NCBI GenBank assembly: GCA_964019335.1
Contig: OZ025748.1
Coordinates: 124,001 to 188,000, forward strand
Direction: 5' to 3'
DNA length: 64,000 nt
Source of the DNA: Diplonema japonicum
Lineage: Eukaryota > Protista > Euglenozoa: Diplonemea
The notes below the pieces were generated by a model. The model had not been told where the DNA came from. It worked only from the letters and a program-made list of their open reading frames with translations, and made no database searches. Below are positions 12,340 to 24,284 of this stretch, piece by piece. Numbering within the stretch: position 1 is the stretch's first letter; the number at the start of each line of letters is the position of its first letter. Both the position numbers and the translations under genes were made by a program.

Positions 12340-12598
12340 GGACCCTTTTTTTTCTTTTTTTTTTTTTTTGAAAATTCTGTCCTTTCCGCCCCCTCCTTCT
12401 TCTTCTTTTTTTGCAAAAGGGGGCTTAAAACGCGCGGAAGGAAGACGAAAAGAGAAACCTACCAAAAAAAGAAAATGCGTTTTCATGTTTCCCAATATGA
12501 GATTGGGAGGAGGGGGAGGGGAGCAGATGGAAGTTTTTTTTTTTCTCCCTCTCTTTTTTTCTCCCCCCCCACTCCTTAAGACCAGCAGAGAGGGTGGG

Positions 12599-13894
12599 AT
12601 GTTGAAGATAGGCCTTCAGCAAGCAGAAGCCATCGACGATGACTACCCAACTGATATAAGCGACGAGGAAGTTAAGTGGGGGGACGACACCGAGGGCCAT
12701 GATGCCTGGAACAAACTTTTGGAGTGTTATAGAAAAGGGGTCGAGGAAGCAGAGGAGGATGACGGAATGAGCAGCCAACGCACGCACGCAACACAACCCA
12801 GCATGACAATGACAGGAGGAATAAAAACAGGCGAGGAAGATTCGTTTCTAGAATTTTTTCCAGAGTGGAGAACGGATGCGGCCCACACGGCTGTACGGCT
12901 GCAAATCACCCCTCCCGAGGTAAAAGCAACTCGGAAACCCAAACGGAAAATGGCGGACAGATCCGTCCACCCGTCCATTACGCCATACCCGGCATTCTTT
13001 CAGGAAGACATCACTGCTTACCCGGCACTGGAACGCAACGCGGAAGAAATTTACACGGACGAAGGAGGACATTCTGCCCCATCCAGACCCCCTGTCAATC
13101 TGGAGGAAAAACTGAAGAAGCAGCGATTGGCAGAGTCCAAGCTGGCGGTCTTGAATGACCTCGCCCTCGATAAAAACCCCAACGCGCGTACCTTAAACTT
13201 CGCCACGTTTCACCAAAAACAACAGTTTGCGTTGTGCAAGAATCCGTCGGACGAGATTTTGGACGCGGGAGACCGTCCGGAGGATCTGTTGAAGCAAAAC
13301 AAGTTTTTCAAAGGGCTCCTCGGCGGGGAGCTCCCCGCTGTGTGTGAAAACCTCAATAAGGACACTACGAAAGGCGACGAGATGGCTCGCTTCAAGGTAG
13401 TTCACGGACCTATACGGTACAAGGCCGGGCAGCTCTCCGGGTTCCTGTCAACCATGCTGAGAAACCTAACACAGAAACATCTCCAGTGGACACGGGCAGT
13501 ACAAAAACCACAGGAAGGCGCGCTGACTGTGGTTGTCGAGTCTATGCAGGGCAGGTCTGCACGGTGTCAGTACGGGCAAGAAGTTGTTCATCTACTCCTC
13601 GGCAGCCACCAGACAGCGTTGATCTCCCCGGGGTCTACAGTGACTGTCTACCCTCCCTACACCCCGCGGCTTGCAGGTTCGAGAACATTTATCATATCCC
13701 CCGATATCTTGGTGCCTGCTAATGTGGTGTCCACGCCTACCTTCCCCGATCCTGCGAAGGCCCTGTCAGCGATGCTTGGAACAAGCAGCAACCAGTTCAA
13801 CCAAAAAGAGGAATGGGAGACCGTGGAGAACGACGAATGGGAACTAGAACCCGGTGTGTGGGACAAGATTCGTGAAAGGCTAGCAGAGGAGTGA
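12599..13894 (+). CDS. Hypothetical protein; C-terminus weakly SPIDR/OB-fold-like
   Basis: The ORF-track N-terminus is homopolymer spacer; likely start is ATG 12599; PGSTVTVYPPY segment recalls the SPIDR IYPPW motif (weak). Confidence 0.6.
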   Translation: MLKIGLQQAEAIDDDYPTDISDEEVKWGDDTEGHDAWNKLLECYRKGVEEAEEDDGMSSQRTHATQPSMTMTGGIKTGEEDSFLEFFPEWRTDAAHTAVRLQITPPEVKATRKPKRKMADRSVHPSITPYPAFFQEDITAYPALERNAEEIYTDEGGHSAPSRPPVNLEEKLKKQRLAESKLAVLNDLALDKNPNARTLNFATFHQKQQFALCKNPSDEILDAGDRPEDLLKQNKFFKGLLGGELPAVCENLNKDTTKGDEMARFKVVHGPIRYKAGQLSGFLSTMLRNLTQKHLQWTRAVQKPQEGALTVVVESMQGRSARCQYGQEVVHLLLGSHQTALISPGSTVTVYPPYTPRLAGSRTFIISPDILVPANVVSTPTFPDPAKALSAMLGTSSNQFNQKEEWETVENDEWELEPGVWDKIRERLAEE

Positions 13895-14116
13895 TAATGT
13901 TGGGAAAAAAAAAAGAAGAAAAAAAAAAATGCTCGCGGTGCTGTACACCGAAGGGTGAGCGTTTTTTTTTTTTTTTTTTTTTTTTTAATTCCCCGCTTTT
14001 TTTTTTTTTTTTTTTTTGTTTGTCATTTTCAATAATTTTTCAAAAGGGCACGGAGAAGAGGGGGGGTTGAGGGGAGGGGGAGAGAGAAAAAAAAAAGAAA
14101 AGAAAAAAAAATCCCT

Positions 14117-14581
14117 ATGAAGACCAAAGACAAGAAGGTACTGACCGTCGTTGGATTTTTCGTGGTGTTGATTGTGCTTGCATTGAGGTGGGAATGGAGC
14201 GTCTTGAACGTGAAGAGGAGCGAAGGTGAAAAGGGGGCGGAGGCACCCACGCCAAAGCCCGAAGGTCCGAAAAAGACAGAGTGGGGATACAAACTGCAAG
14301 GAACAGACGAATTTTGGGCCACCGTTAATATTGAATGCAAGAAAGACGAAAAGTTCACGATGGCAGACATCGAGAGGCGCTCCACGGAGGACGATTTGCT
14401 CCTCCTGATGCGGGGGCTCGTCTTTGATGTGACCAAGTTCCGCAGCTCGCATCCTGGTGGGGACGCTATTCTATCGGGGGCGAAGCAAGACAGCTCCGAA
14501 ATCTTCGAGACCCACCACCAAAGCTTTGTTGCCAACATGCTCGGGAATTTCTGTGTGGGTAAACTTTACGAGAAAAAATAA
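14117..14581 (+). CDS. Membrane-anchored cytochrome b5-like heme-binding protein
   Basis: N-terminal TM helix; VFDVTKF..HPGG..D....FE..H. Confidence 0.88.
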   Translation: MKTKDKKVLTVVGFFVVLIVLALRWEWSVLNVKRSEGEKGAEAPTPKPEGPKKTEWGYKLQGTDEFWATVNIECKKDEKFTMADIERRSTEDDLLLLMRGLVFDVTKFRSSHPGGDAILSGAKQDSSEIFETHHQSFVANMLGNFCVGKLYEKK

Positions 14582-14628
14582 GAAAACCGAACAAAAAAAA
14601 AAAAAAAAAGAACAAAAAAAAGTGAAGT

Positions 14629-14668
<40 letters not shown>

Positions 14669-14872
14669 TGCTCCACCACCCCCCCAAAAAAACTCTATTC
14701 ACTCATGTTTGTTTCCCTTTTCTTTTTTTTTCACGCCCCATACCTGGATTTGCTCAAAGGGAGAGGTGATTTTGGGGGAAAAAATAAAAAAAGATCTTGC
14801 TTGGGGAACATGTTTTCTCAAAGAATCCCAGAACTTACAGTCAAACCCTTCCAGGGTGTTTTGTAAAGAAGG

Positions 14873-14906
<34 letters not shown>

Positions 14907-14943
14907 TATAAAAAAAAAAAAAACCAAAAAAAAAAATATAAAA

Positions 14944-15449
14944 ATGTCAGACGCCCCTGCGGCAGCGGCCCCGGCGGAGCAGGCGAAAGACACGTCGTGC
15001 GAATATGTGGAAAAATTCGCCACACTTCAGGAACAGTTATACGCCAGGTAATAATAACAAAACAAAAAAAAAAAAAAAAAAAAAAAAGCGAAACGAGCAA
15101 CGAGTGGGTTGACGCGAACTACCAGGGCATCGTGGACATGCTGTCGGACGATAAGGCCCCGAAGGCCATTCTCCTCCGGAGCCACGAGCTCGCCGCGAAG
15201 TACGCCCCCAAATTCCCTGCCCTCAGCAAGGATGCCTTCTCAGCCGCCATGCAGCAAGTGGAACAGGGCGACGTGACAGTAGTCCACGCCGTAATGAAGA
15301 AGATTGACGGATACTTGTCCGTCCCGGGCGTTGTTCTCGAAAAGGCCCCGGAATACCTCCTGTCCCTCTACGAAAAACGAGGCGCTGCTGACGCTGAGCA
15401 AGCATGCAAGAGCGTTGAGACAATCTTGAACAAGGTATATTTAACAAAC

Positions 15450-15480
<31 letters not shown>

Positions 15481-16688
15481 AGATGGCCGCAACATCGCCT
15501 GCCATCCTCGCAAAGACATGTGTCGAGCTTCTTCTTGCAGAGGGTGCCACCACAGAAGCGTGGAGGGATTTCATTCTGAAATACCTTACAACGAATGTGT
15601 TAGAGGAGCAGAAGGCCGCTCTCGCCGCATCGCCGGAGAGCGAGATCGAAGTCAAAGACGCCATTTCAAAGCTCCTCCACGTTGTTTCGAAAAAGGAATT
15701 CAGCGTGCTTCTCAACGGGCTCACCACCCTTGCCATCTCGCAGCCGAAGGGACAGTTCGGTCCACAAGGGATCGTTGCGACACTTGCTAGCCTCATTGAC
15801 CTCGAGGCTGACGTTGATTTCACAGTTTTGTGGCAAATCGAGAGATCCTTGAGTATCATCACCACTGCAGTGACTCACTTCAGTGAGGGCATCGTTGACA
15901 ATGCATTCACGAAGTACCTTGTTACAAAATGCGTTGCGCCTGAAGGAGTTTTCGAGCAGGCCACACCTGCACACTCTGTCGCGGTTCTTCAGAAGCTGTG
16001 CGAGGTGGCCCCGTACTGCTCGGAGGAGGCTGCTGCCGAATGCGTCAAAGCACTGTACCCTATTTTGTTGAAGAGCCTCCCGGAGTCCGAGGAGAGCACC
16101 GACATTAATTTCACGTTTTTGGAGTGTTTGATGATCGCAATTTCATCGTTAGGAAGAAAGGCCCCTGACGCATTCGCCGAGGTGTCGAATGTTAAAGTTG
16201 GTGCTGATGTCAAGGCCGCACAGGCTGCTGCGGCATCCGAGATTAAATCGAAGGAATGTCTCGATGCCGAGAGGGATCTGAAGGCGAAAATGACTAACCT
16301 GCAGTCGGCAATCAGCCGGATCATGTTGCAGCTGAACAACGCGAAGACGCAGCTGCAGAAGGCACCCGAGAAGACCGCTGCGAGTAAGGCAAAGATCGCG
16401 GAGATTTTCTCCGTCCTTCCCAACCTTCAGGCCGTTGTTCTCCTGGCCAAACCATTCTCTGACACCTATCCCCATTTCCCCCCTGCCTCGTTCCGCCCTT
16501 CGTGGGTCAAGCCCAAGAGAAACCACAACAACAACAACAAGAAACAGCAAAAGCGTGGACGTGGGGAAGACAGCCAGCCCGCTGGCAACGCCCAAAAGAA
16601 ACAAAGGACAGAATCTGGCAAGAAGGGCGGAAAGGGTGGTAAGGGGCGTAAAGGAGGCAAGGGTGGCCGCAAGGGTGGCAAGAAGTGA
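14944..16688 (+). CDS. API5: Apoptosis inhibitor 5-like protein, 3 exons (14944-15047, 15089-15434, 15483-16688)
   Basis: The spliced N-terminus (YQGIVD..KYAPKFPALSKDAF..EQGDVTV) parallels API5; HEAT/ARM-like body, SWVKP motif, Gly/Lys-rich tail. Confidence 0.7.
15048..15088 (+). other. 41-nt GT-AG intron, poly(A) body, AAAAAG acceptor
   Basis: AG|GTAATA...AAAAAG|C; joins the ATG 14944 exon to the main frame (phase 2). Confidence 0.82.
15435..15482 (+). other. 48-nt GT-AG intron, poly(A) body, in frame
   Basis: AAG|GTATAT...AAAACCAG|ATG; removes a poly-Lys insertion. Confidence 0.78.
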
Positions 16689-16716
16689 AAAAAGAAAATA
16701 AAAGAGGAAGTCTAGT

Positions 16717-16755
<39 letters not shown>

Positions 16756-17268
16756 AAGTGTTTGGGGGAGGGGGACAAAATTTATGCTGTTTTTTTTTTT
16801 TTTTTTAAAGAAAGAAATCATTACCCAAAAAAAAAAAGTTTTAAAAAAAGTTTAACAAAATCTCACTTTTTTTTTCACTGTTCTTTTCCCCCCCACAATG
16901 TTTTTTTGGGGAGGGGGGGGGGGGGGACAAAGAAGAAAAACCGCATGGCAATTGGCAAAAAAAATTGAGAAAGGAAAGGAAATAATAATTTATTATAAAG
17001 GTAATTAAATACCGAGAAACCCCCCCCGCCCCGTTACTCCTTCCCCTTCCTTCGCACCTTCCCCCCCCCTTTTTTTTCCTTTCAAACTTGCAATGGTAAT
17101 AAGAATTACCATTCCCTCCTTTCCTTCAAAAAAAAACATTTCCCCCCCCCATCTTTTTTTATTTTATTTTTTATTTTTTATTTTTTATTTTTTTAAAGAC
17201 AGTTTTCTGAAACAACAACAAAAAAAAGAGGAGAACACACACAAAAAAAAAAAGAAAAAAAAAGAAAA

Positions 17269-18195
17269 ATGCAACTCACAGCAAGCCATCTCCCCGCGAT
17301 TTTAAGCCTCATCGGCACCCCGCTGCTAACCCTGCGGTACAAATTGTCGTGGAAAGGCATTGCAGGATTCTACATGGCACTGTTGCTGCTGAGACAAAAA
17401 CTGTTGGTGAAAAAGCTCATGGAGAAGGGCAGCGACTGCTACACACTAGAGAGTATCGGCATCTCACACTATGTAGAAACTGTGAGATTTTGCATGGATT
17501 ACAAGGGGATCCAGTACACAGAACAGGAGTCTGTGGGGATCATGGGCGTGATGACTACCGGGAGGACTGTCCCGAGGCTTCTCTACGGGAGGACTATACT
17601 AGGGGATTCCAAGGACATCATGAGGTTTCTTTACGGTTCAACGGGAGATGAGTTTTTCTCCCCAACGCAGGAAGCTTTGAGGTTAGAAAAAAAATTCGAC
17701 AAAATCGGAATCCATTTGAGAAGATGGGCGTACTACCACGTTCTCTGCTCTCCAGGCGGGTACCTCAGAGGGCTACGCGTGTGGGGCATCGATTCAAAAT
17801 ACATCCCAATATGGCAAAAAACCCTCCTTGTAGCGATGTACCCGCTTCTAAGGGTGTTTCTTCTTGCCATTTTAGGCATCAATGAGAAGGGTGCTGCAAA
17901 GGGTTATGAAAATCTTTGCGAGATTCTGCAGGAGGTTGATGAGATTTTGTCAGATGGGCGTGAGTTTATCCTTGGAGGTGCTGGTCCTTCTTATTCAGAC
18001 TTCCAGTTTGCTGCACTTATGGGGCCCTTTGAGGTCAACTACAACCCAGGGAGGCTGACCACCACCGGCCACGAGTTGATGAAGGAACTTCCTTCTGAGT
18101 TCCAGACACAGTTTGCGGACCTTTACAGTAAGCCATCCGGAAGGCATGCCCACCACATTTACGAGAGCTTTAGAATGCAGGTTGAGAAAGCGTGA
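17269..18195 (+). CDS. Glutathione S-transferase-like protein with N-terminal hydrophobic anchor
   Basis: ISHYVETVRF..TVPRL..GDSKDI GST-N motifs; FILGG.GPSYSDFQFAAL GST-C motif. Confidence 0.85.
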   Translation: MQLTASHLPAILSLIGTPLLTLRYKLSWKGIAGFYMALLLLRQKLLVKKLMEKGSDCYTLESIGISHYVETVRFCMDYKGIQYTEQESVGIMGVMTTGRTVPRLLYGRTILGDSKDIMRFLYGSTGDEFFSPTQEALRLEKKFDKIGIHLRRWAYYHVLCSPGGYLRGLRVWGIDSKYIPIWQKTLLVAMYPLLRVFLLAILGINEKGAAKGYENLCEILQEVDEILSDGREFILGGAGPSYSDFQFAALMGPFEVNYNPGRLTTTGHELMKELPSEFQTQFADLYSKPSGRHAHHIYESFRMQVEKA

Positions 18196-18396
18196 ATGAG
18201 AAAAAAAGGGGGGGTGGGGAAACTTTTGATGGCCTCTTTTGATTCTTTTTATGGGGTTGTGGAATTAGTAATTTTCCCCCTTCTTTGTTTCGCCCTTTTA
18301 ACGCTTTTTTTTTTTTTTTTTTTTTTTATTCTCTCTTTTTTTTTTTTTTCGATTCGTACCATTTATCGAAGAAGGGGAAAAAAAAAGGAGAGGGGT

Positions 18397-18432
<36 letters not shown>

Positions 18433-18532
18433 GACCACCCCCTCCTCTTTAAACAGTTTTTTTCTTTTTTTTTATTCCCTTCGAGAACAAAAAAAAAAAA
18501 AAAAAAAAATACACACCTCCAAGGGGTGCCAT

Positions 18533-21500
18533 ATGGGTGATAGCTCGCCTGGTGACGTTGCACACGATGAAGATGCACCATGGGCTGTGTTTTCCTTAGC
18601 CGTGACGATGCTGGTCGGGCTGCTCGTCAGGGAAGTTCAACAATCAGAATTCGACGGGGCGGCGGTATTTGTCAAAAAAGTGCCGTTCGCCGTGTGGATG
18701 TTCTCCTTCGGGCTGGCCGCGGGGGGGCTGAACAGAACGGGGTTTCTAACGGACGAGCACACCAACGTCTCCGAGACGGACCCTAAACTCCTGATCCAGA
18801 TTTTTTTCCCGCTCCTCATTTTCGAGTCCGCGTTCAAGCTCAACATACACGGCTTCATGAAAATGGTGAAATCCTGCGTATTCCTCGCAGGGCCCGGCCT
18901 TATATCATCTGTGGGATTTTACAGTTTACTGTCAAAGCTAACGTTTGGATACGACTGGACGTGGGAAGAATCATTTCTGTTCGGGTGTGTAATTGCACCG
19001 TCTGACCCCATTGCGGCAACAACTGTTTTGAAGGAATTAGGAGCAGATTCATCGTTATCATCTCTTGTCGAGGGCGAATCCCTTCTGAATGAAGGGACTG
19101 CGGTGATGCTGTACTCGATATGCAAAGTCGCGGTGCTTAAGCCTGATTTCACATGGGACTTGTCTGTCGGCTACACGTTCATGAAGGTCTGCCTCCTCGG
19201 CCCCGCGATAGGCCTTGTTGCCGGGACATGCCTTGCCGCGTTCCTTGGAACAGTCACCAACAATCCATTGACCGAGATCGGAGCCACACTAGCATCTTCC
19301 TACGCGTTATTCTTCGTATGTGAAGAATACGGAGGAGCATCAGGTGTTCTCGGGCTTCTTGTGATGGGTCTTTTCATGTCAAGTAGAAAATTTTGTATTT
19401 CGCCGGGGGTGGAACAGATCCATTCACAGTTCTGGAACGTTATCGCGTACTTTGGAAATACATTCGTGTTCGCCTTGGCGGGGCTTGTCGTTGGGAAAAA
19501 AACACTCGGGACGCACATTTCGTGCAAGGATTGCATTGTTCTTGTCAATATTTACCTGTTCACCAATGTGATGCGGTTTTGCATCGTGTTTTTCTTCCTC
19601 CCGTTAATGGCTCCGAAGGGTTGTGTCGACATCGCCCAAGGCGTCGTTGTTTCATGCTGTGGGTTTAAGGGAGCCGTTGGTTTGATTCTGGCCATGGCGC
19701 TTGTCACCACAAAACACACCGGCGACGCGGAATTCTCACAAAAAGTCGCGGAAAAAATTCTGTTCCACACGTCCGGCCTGGTTCTCCTGACTTTATTGGT
19801 GAACGGTTTGCTAAGCAAACCATTGATGTTATACCTTGGGTATGACAAAATCCCCGCTCGGCGGAAAGCAGCCATGAACGCAGCTTATCAGAAGATTCTA
19901 TCAGACATGCAAGATTCATGTTATAACTACTCCCGTGATAAGGAGCTTGTGGGTGTAAATTGGGAAATCGTGGGAATGTTCGTCGATGAGCGGAACCAAC
20001 TTGAAGACCCTTATAAGAACCGCAAAGTACACCCTCTTGAAAAATTTCACGCTAGCGAAGAAGCACGAACAACGTACTTAAACGCTTTGAAATCGAACTT
20101 CTACAAGCAATATGAAGAAGGTGCGTTGGGTTACAACACGCTAAGGAGGCTTGTTGCTCTTGTCGACGAGGTGATCGAAATCCCCTATGAACCGTTGACG
20201 TGCAGCGCCATCATGTCCCATTCAAACACATTTCAATTCTCGGAAAAACTTCGAAAAATTCCGTTCTACAACAATTATTTTTTGCTGCCGATGCTGCACA
20301 ATCGGTACGAAGCCATTGTTGCGTACATACGCGCGCAAGGCGCTGCGATGGAAGCAATCACAGCCACCGCTCCTTCGAAACGAATTGTTCAAGACCTCAT
20401 CAGCAACAACCTGGAAGAGGTTTCCGCCGCACGAGGCATCATGGCCGACTTCGCCGAGACCTTCCCAGTCATCTCCTCCGCAATAATGACGAAGCTGATA
20501 ACAAGAGTAATTCTAAACCACGCACGCAGAACAGTCTTGAACGTTCTCCACTCGGGGTTCCTTGAAAACCCCGACGCTGATCTTCTGCTAGGCCTGGTGG
20601 AGAAATCCGTACGGCGACTAGAACGCGCGAACATGGTTCAAAAAATCTCGGGAACACCGATGGAAGCTAGAAGAATACTATCGGAAGCAGACTTTACCCG
20701 ACGGATCACCGACGCAACTGAACGAGACCGGTTTCTGTCGGGCTGGTTTATCGTGAAGTACCATGCAGAGGACAAAATCGACCCGGAAATGCTCCATTTT
20801 ATCATAGATGGTTTGGTGACGAACATAACGGGTAACGAAACCCATGGTCCCGGGTCGCTGTTGCTTCAAAGCGACTCGTTCTCCAAACTACGCCACCCTG
20901 ACGGTATAGCAATAACATCTGTTGTTTGCGCGTGTCTCCCTCCCACGATTTTCAGTATATTTGTGAAGAACACCGCGGTCGCCACGCCTCTTCGTTTTTA
21001 CTACTGTTCGCACATTGCCAGGAGGCTGTTGCATCTTTCTGAACCTTTTAATAAGCTGAGCTTCTGCGAGATCATGCGGCACTGCAAGAAGGGGGCCATG
21101 GCGGTTCGCAACACGGGCGAGGGTTTCAAAAAAGATTTCGAGGCGTTAACAAGCCATTCAGAAACAAACCCGCTCACAGTTTCAACAAACAACTCATTCC
21201 GACGGCAGATCGTCAACCCATTAGATACGCCTGCAATCTCTTCAGATAAACACATACTTCTTCTTATAGAAGGTACAATTGAGTCCGAACAGCTAATCAT
21301 AACAGGACCCTGTAACCTGAGCAACTCTTCCGATGTGGTCTACACAGCGAAAACCATGGATACGTTGATATTTCGAATACCGCCTTTCGAAGGGTTGGAG
21401 TTGGCACTCATCGCTGGGCTCGTTCCCTCGAAGGCGGTCAAGCCCTTGACCAGCGCGGCGTCGTATAGTTCTAGAAGCTCCAGAATGTCCCATAGCACCA

Positions 21501-21724
21501 TTGTATCCTTCACATCTAGTAAGGTAGGAAGCGAGAGGTCTCGAGGGTCCCCCCCGAGGAGCCCAAGAGCCGGGTTCAACCTCAACGAGAGCACCATGCT
21601 GACAGGGTCCGTTCATAAAATGCGAAAATCGCCTGGTTCGCCTGGGAAAAACTCGGGTGACCCGGAAGGGGGTTTTCAGACAGGGGTGACGGATGACGGG
21701 CACGCTGTGTCTGAATATTTATAG
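18533..21724 (+). CDS. Na+/H+ exchanger, SOS1/NHX7/SLC9C-like, with long cytosolic tail
   Basis: FFPLLIFESA, SDPIA, VEGESLLNEGTA, GASGVL, GFKGAVGLILA; many TM helices. Confidence 0.9.
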   Translation: MGDSSPGDVAHDEDAPWAVFSLAVTMLVGLLVREVQQSEFDGAAVFVKKVPFAVWMFSFGLAAGGLNRTGFLTDEHTNVSETDPKLLIQIFFPLLIFESAFKLNIHGFMKMVKSCVFLAGPGLISSVGFYSLLSKLTFGYDWTWEESFLFGCVIAPSDPIAATTVLKELGADSSLSSLVEGESLLNEGTAVMLYSICKVAVLKPDFTWDLSVGYTFMKVCLLGPAIGLVAGTCLAAFLGTVTNNPLTEIGATLASSYALFFVCEEYGGASGVLGLLVMGLFMSSRKFCISPGVEQIHSQFWNVIAYFGNTFVFALAGLVVGKKTLGTHISCKDCIVLVNIYLFTNVMRFCIVFFFLPLMAPKGCVDIAQGVVVSCCGFKGAVGLILAMALVTTKHTGDAEFSQKVAEKILFHTSGLVLLTLLVNGLLSKPLMLYLGYDKIPARRKAAMNAAYQKILSDMQDSCYNYSRDKELVGVNWEIVGMFVDERNQLEDPYKNRKVHPLEKFHASEEARTTYLNALKSNFYKQYEEGALGYNTLRRLVALVDEVIEIPYEPLTCSAIMSHSNTFQFSEKLRKIPFYNNYFLLPMLHNRYEAIVAYIRAQGAAMEAITATAPSKRIVQDLISNNLEEVSAARGIMADFAETFPVISSAIMTKLITRVILNHARRTVLNVLHSGFLENPDADLLLGLVEKSVRRLERANMVQKISGTPMEARRILSEADFTRRITDATERDRFLSGWFIVKYHAEDKIDPEMLHFIIDGLVTNITGNETHGPGSLLLQSDSFSKLRHPDGIAITSVVCACLPPTIFSIFVKNTAVATPLRFYYCSHIARRLLHLSEPFNKLSFCEIMRHCKKGAMAVRNTGEGFKKDFEALTSHSETNPLTVSTNNSFRRQIVNPLDTPAISSDKHILLLIEGTIESEQLIITGPCNLSNSSDVVYTAKTMDTLIFRIPPFEGLELALIAGLVPSKAVKPLTSAASYSSRSSRMSHSTIVSFTSSKVGSERSRGSPPRSPRAGFNLNESTMLTGSVHKMRKSPGSPGKNSGDPEGGFQTGVTDDGHAVSEYL

Positions 21725-21943
21725 GGAGATGGTAAGAGTCCGATGTGACTTCATTGTGAAAAAAGCGCAGGTGACCCAGAAGGGAGTCCCCATATGACGG
21801 AAACGCTGTTTTTTCTAATGTTTTTTTTTTTTTTTTTTTTTTTTTGCTGGAACAAGTAAACAAATTTTTGAAAAGAATTGTTATTGCAAAAAAGAGTAGA
21901 GGCAGCTTGTCCGTTTATCCCTACTGTAGGTGAAAACGGCTTG

Positions 21944-24284
21944 CACAAACAATCAGCCGACTCTTTTTCACAGACCTATTACTGTATCGAGCGCATTCTA
22001 TCGGCTCTGGGCTGGCGCACGACTACCAGCCATCCTCGAATGGCAAGAGGAGTGGATTACTCCGCTCCAATTCGGCTTCAGACCGGAACACAGACAGATG
22101 ACCTCCTCGCGAAGGTCTGCACCAGTGTGGAGTTGGCAAAAGTATCTGGCAACCACCTTTGGGGTCTCTCGGTCGACTTCAAGAAATGCTTTGACTCTGT
22201 CCCCCACGCACTCACGTTCGAACTGGTCGATCGGTTAGGCCAAAGCCAGCTCATCCTGAGACCGATCAAGGCCATCTACTCTGACCTAATCCGCCGCCTA
22301 CGTTTCCCCGTGGGAGTAGGTGCTCCATTCCGAACCACGAATGGAATACTCCAGGGATGCCCGATCTCGCCCGTTTTCATCAACGCAATCCTTGCCATCT
22401 TCACCAAGAAATGTACGGCAAATCCAAGAAACGCACACCCAGTGTCATATGCAGACGACCTTAACTTCACGTCAATTACCTCGGAGGCCGCGGTTCAGCG
22501 TTCCGTAAATCTACTAGGCAGCCTTTGCAAGCTCACGGGGATGACCGTACACCCGAAGAAGACCAGGTCATTTGGAACGAAACCCAAATACCGGGGGAAT
22601 GTGAAGTTGAACGGAGAGACCTTTGCCACGACCAGTAGTCTGCAAATCTTAGGGGTACAAATCTACTTCCAGCCGAGCAGGAGGGATAACTCGAGGGTCC
22701 ACAAAGCCCTGGCCGAAATAGAACGCCTCGTCTCAACTAGGCTATACCACGATCGCAAGGTACGGATCATCGCAGAGAACATCCTGCCATCCGCCTTCTA
22801 CGGCATCCTGTTCGACCCGATCCCGGACTCTTGGCTGGAGAAATTGAAAAAGCGGATCACTCTTTGCGTCTGGGGTGCCCGCAACCCAATGCGCTCCTCC
22901 AGCGCCCTGCTGGGAATTGCCCATAAGGGACACACCCTGGACCCGTACTCTACTGCGATCTACAAGGCCATCTCTACTCTGGGACGACTTTGCACACGAC
23001 ATTCGAACAAGTCCCTTTTCATATCATGCTGGGAAGCGTACAGGAGAGCAAGGGATCAAGGCTCTCCATCTTTTCCGATGGGACCATTTGCCAATGCAGA
23101 CCTATGGCTCCGAGAAATAGGGTCAAGGTGGAAGGACTTCCAGACGAAGATACTACCGCAAGGCAAACAGCTCCTGAAACACGAGATCAGGACGCTGCTG
23201 AAAGCCAAACTACGTGAGGATCTGGCCGAAGAGCGAGACACCAGGGGGTCGAAACAGGCATTGACGAGGAGAAAACGAACTTCCTCCACAACGAGGTGAC
23301 GACCACCAACCCACAGAAAGCAAGGAGGATACTTTGTGCTATTGCGGGCGCGATGCTTCCCCTACACCCCAGAGCTTACGGCGACATGAACGGCTCACAT
23401 ACGAAATGCCTGGGGTGTGGCACACCATATAACATTGGGAACGGGACCAGCTCCCTACTACAACATACGATCTGGCAATGCCCAGCGCACGCCGACTGCA
23501 GAACGACCAACACTGACCGCATTCGGCTGGTGCAAGACCACGTCAGCTGGCCAAGCTGCGCCCGACTACACGGCATTATTACCTCTGATATGGACATAAG
23601 CCTGACAAGTGTCAAGGAACTACACCTGATGTTTGCGGAAATTGCGGGGAAACTCGAGAGCCTGCACACCGAGAAGCAGGTCAGATACGACAATCTGCAC
23701 TTCTGGAAAAGACCATTCCAACCGGGAAACCTATTAGAACCGAAACCCCTCATTTGGTATCACAAGCACGGGCTGGGGAAGAAGTACTTCCCGGGGCTGA
23801 TCCCGTTTGTCCTCAAATGGCTGAGTGCCCTGAAATGGGGCAAGGATGGAGGGCAAGTGTCCAAGGCGGAGCTTGCTGTCGACTTCATAGCAACGGAGAG
23901 AATCCACATGGGTGGTGAAGACCTGGCATGCTGGGCTAGGAAAATCGGAAGAATCCTCAACGTCCTGGACAGGGCACACAGAACAGGAACGGGGAATCAC
24001 CTGATTCCAGCAGAAACTAAGAAGTCAGTACACTCACTGCGTACCCTGGGGCTCCACAGCCATTCCATCATTGGATACTCCACTCGTCCGGTCTTCGCGT
24101 CCCCGAAGGCAACCCACCCGATCCTAGAGGAGCAACTGCGGACGCATTGCATCCTCAACAACTCGCTAGTCGGTTTCACGCCCAAGCTGCTGATGAGATA
24201 CTACGACGGGCCTAAGGCACTACCACGACAGAAGGGATCAAACACTAGATGAGTTGATTGTCGTTAGGCGATCCTGTCACAAAC
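21944..24284 (+). mobile_element. 5'-truncated, frameshifted non-LTR retrotransposon (RT + zinc finger + C-terminal domain)
   Basis: HRPITVSS..YRLWA..QFGFR in one frame, then DFKKCFDSV, GILQGCPISP, YADD in another; C-x2-C..H-x4-C in ORF 23296-24252; possible CACAAAC direct repeat at 21944-21950 and 24278-24284 (boundaries tentative). Confidence 0.88.
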
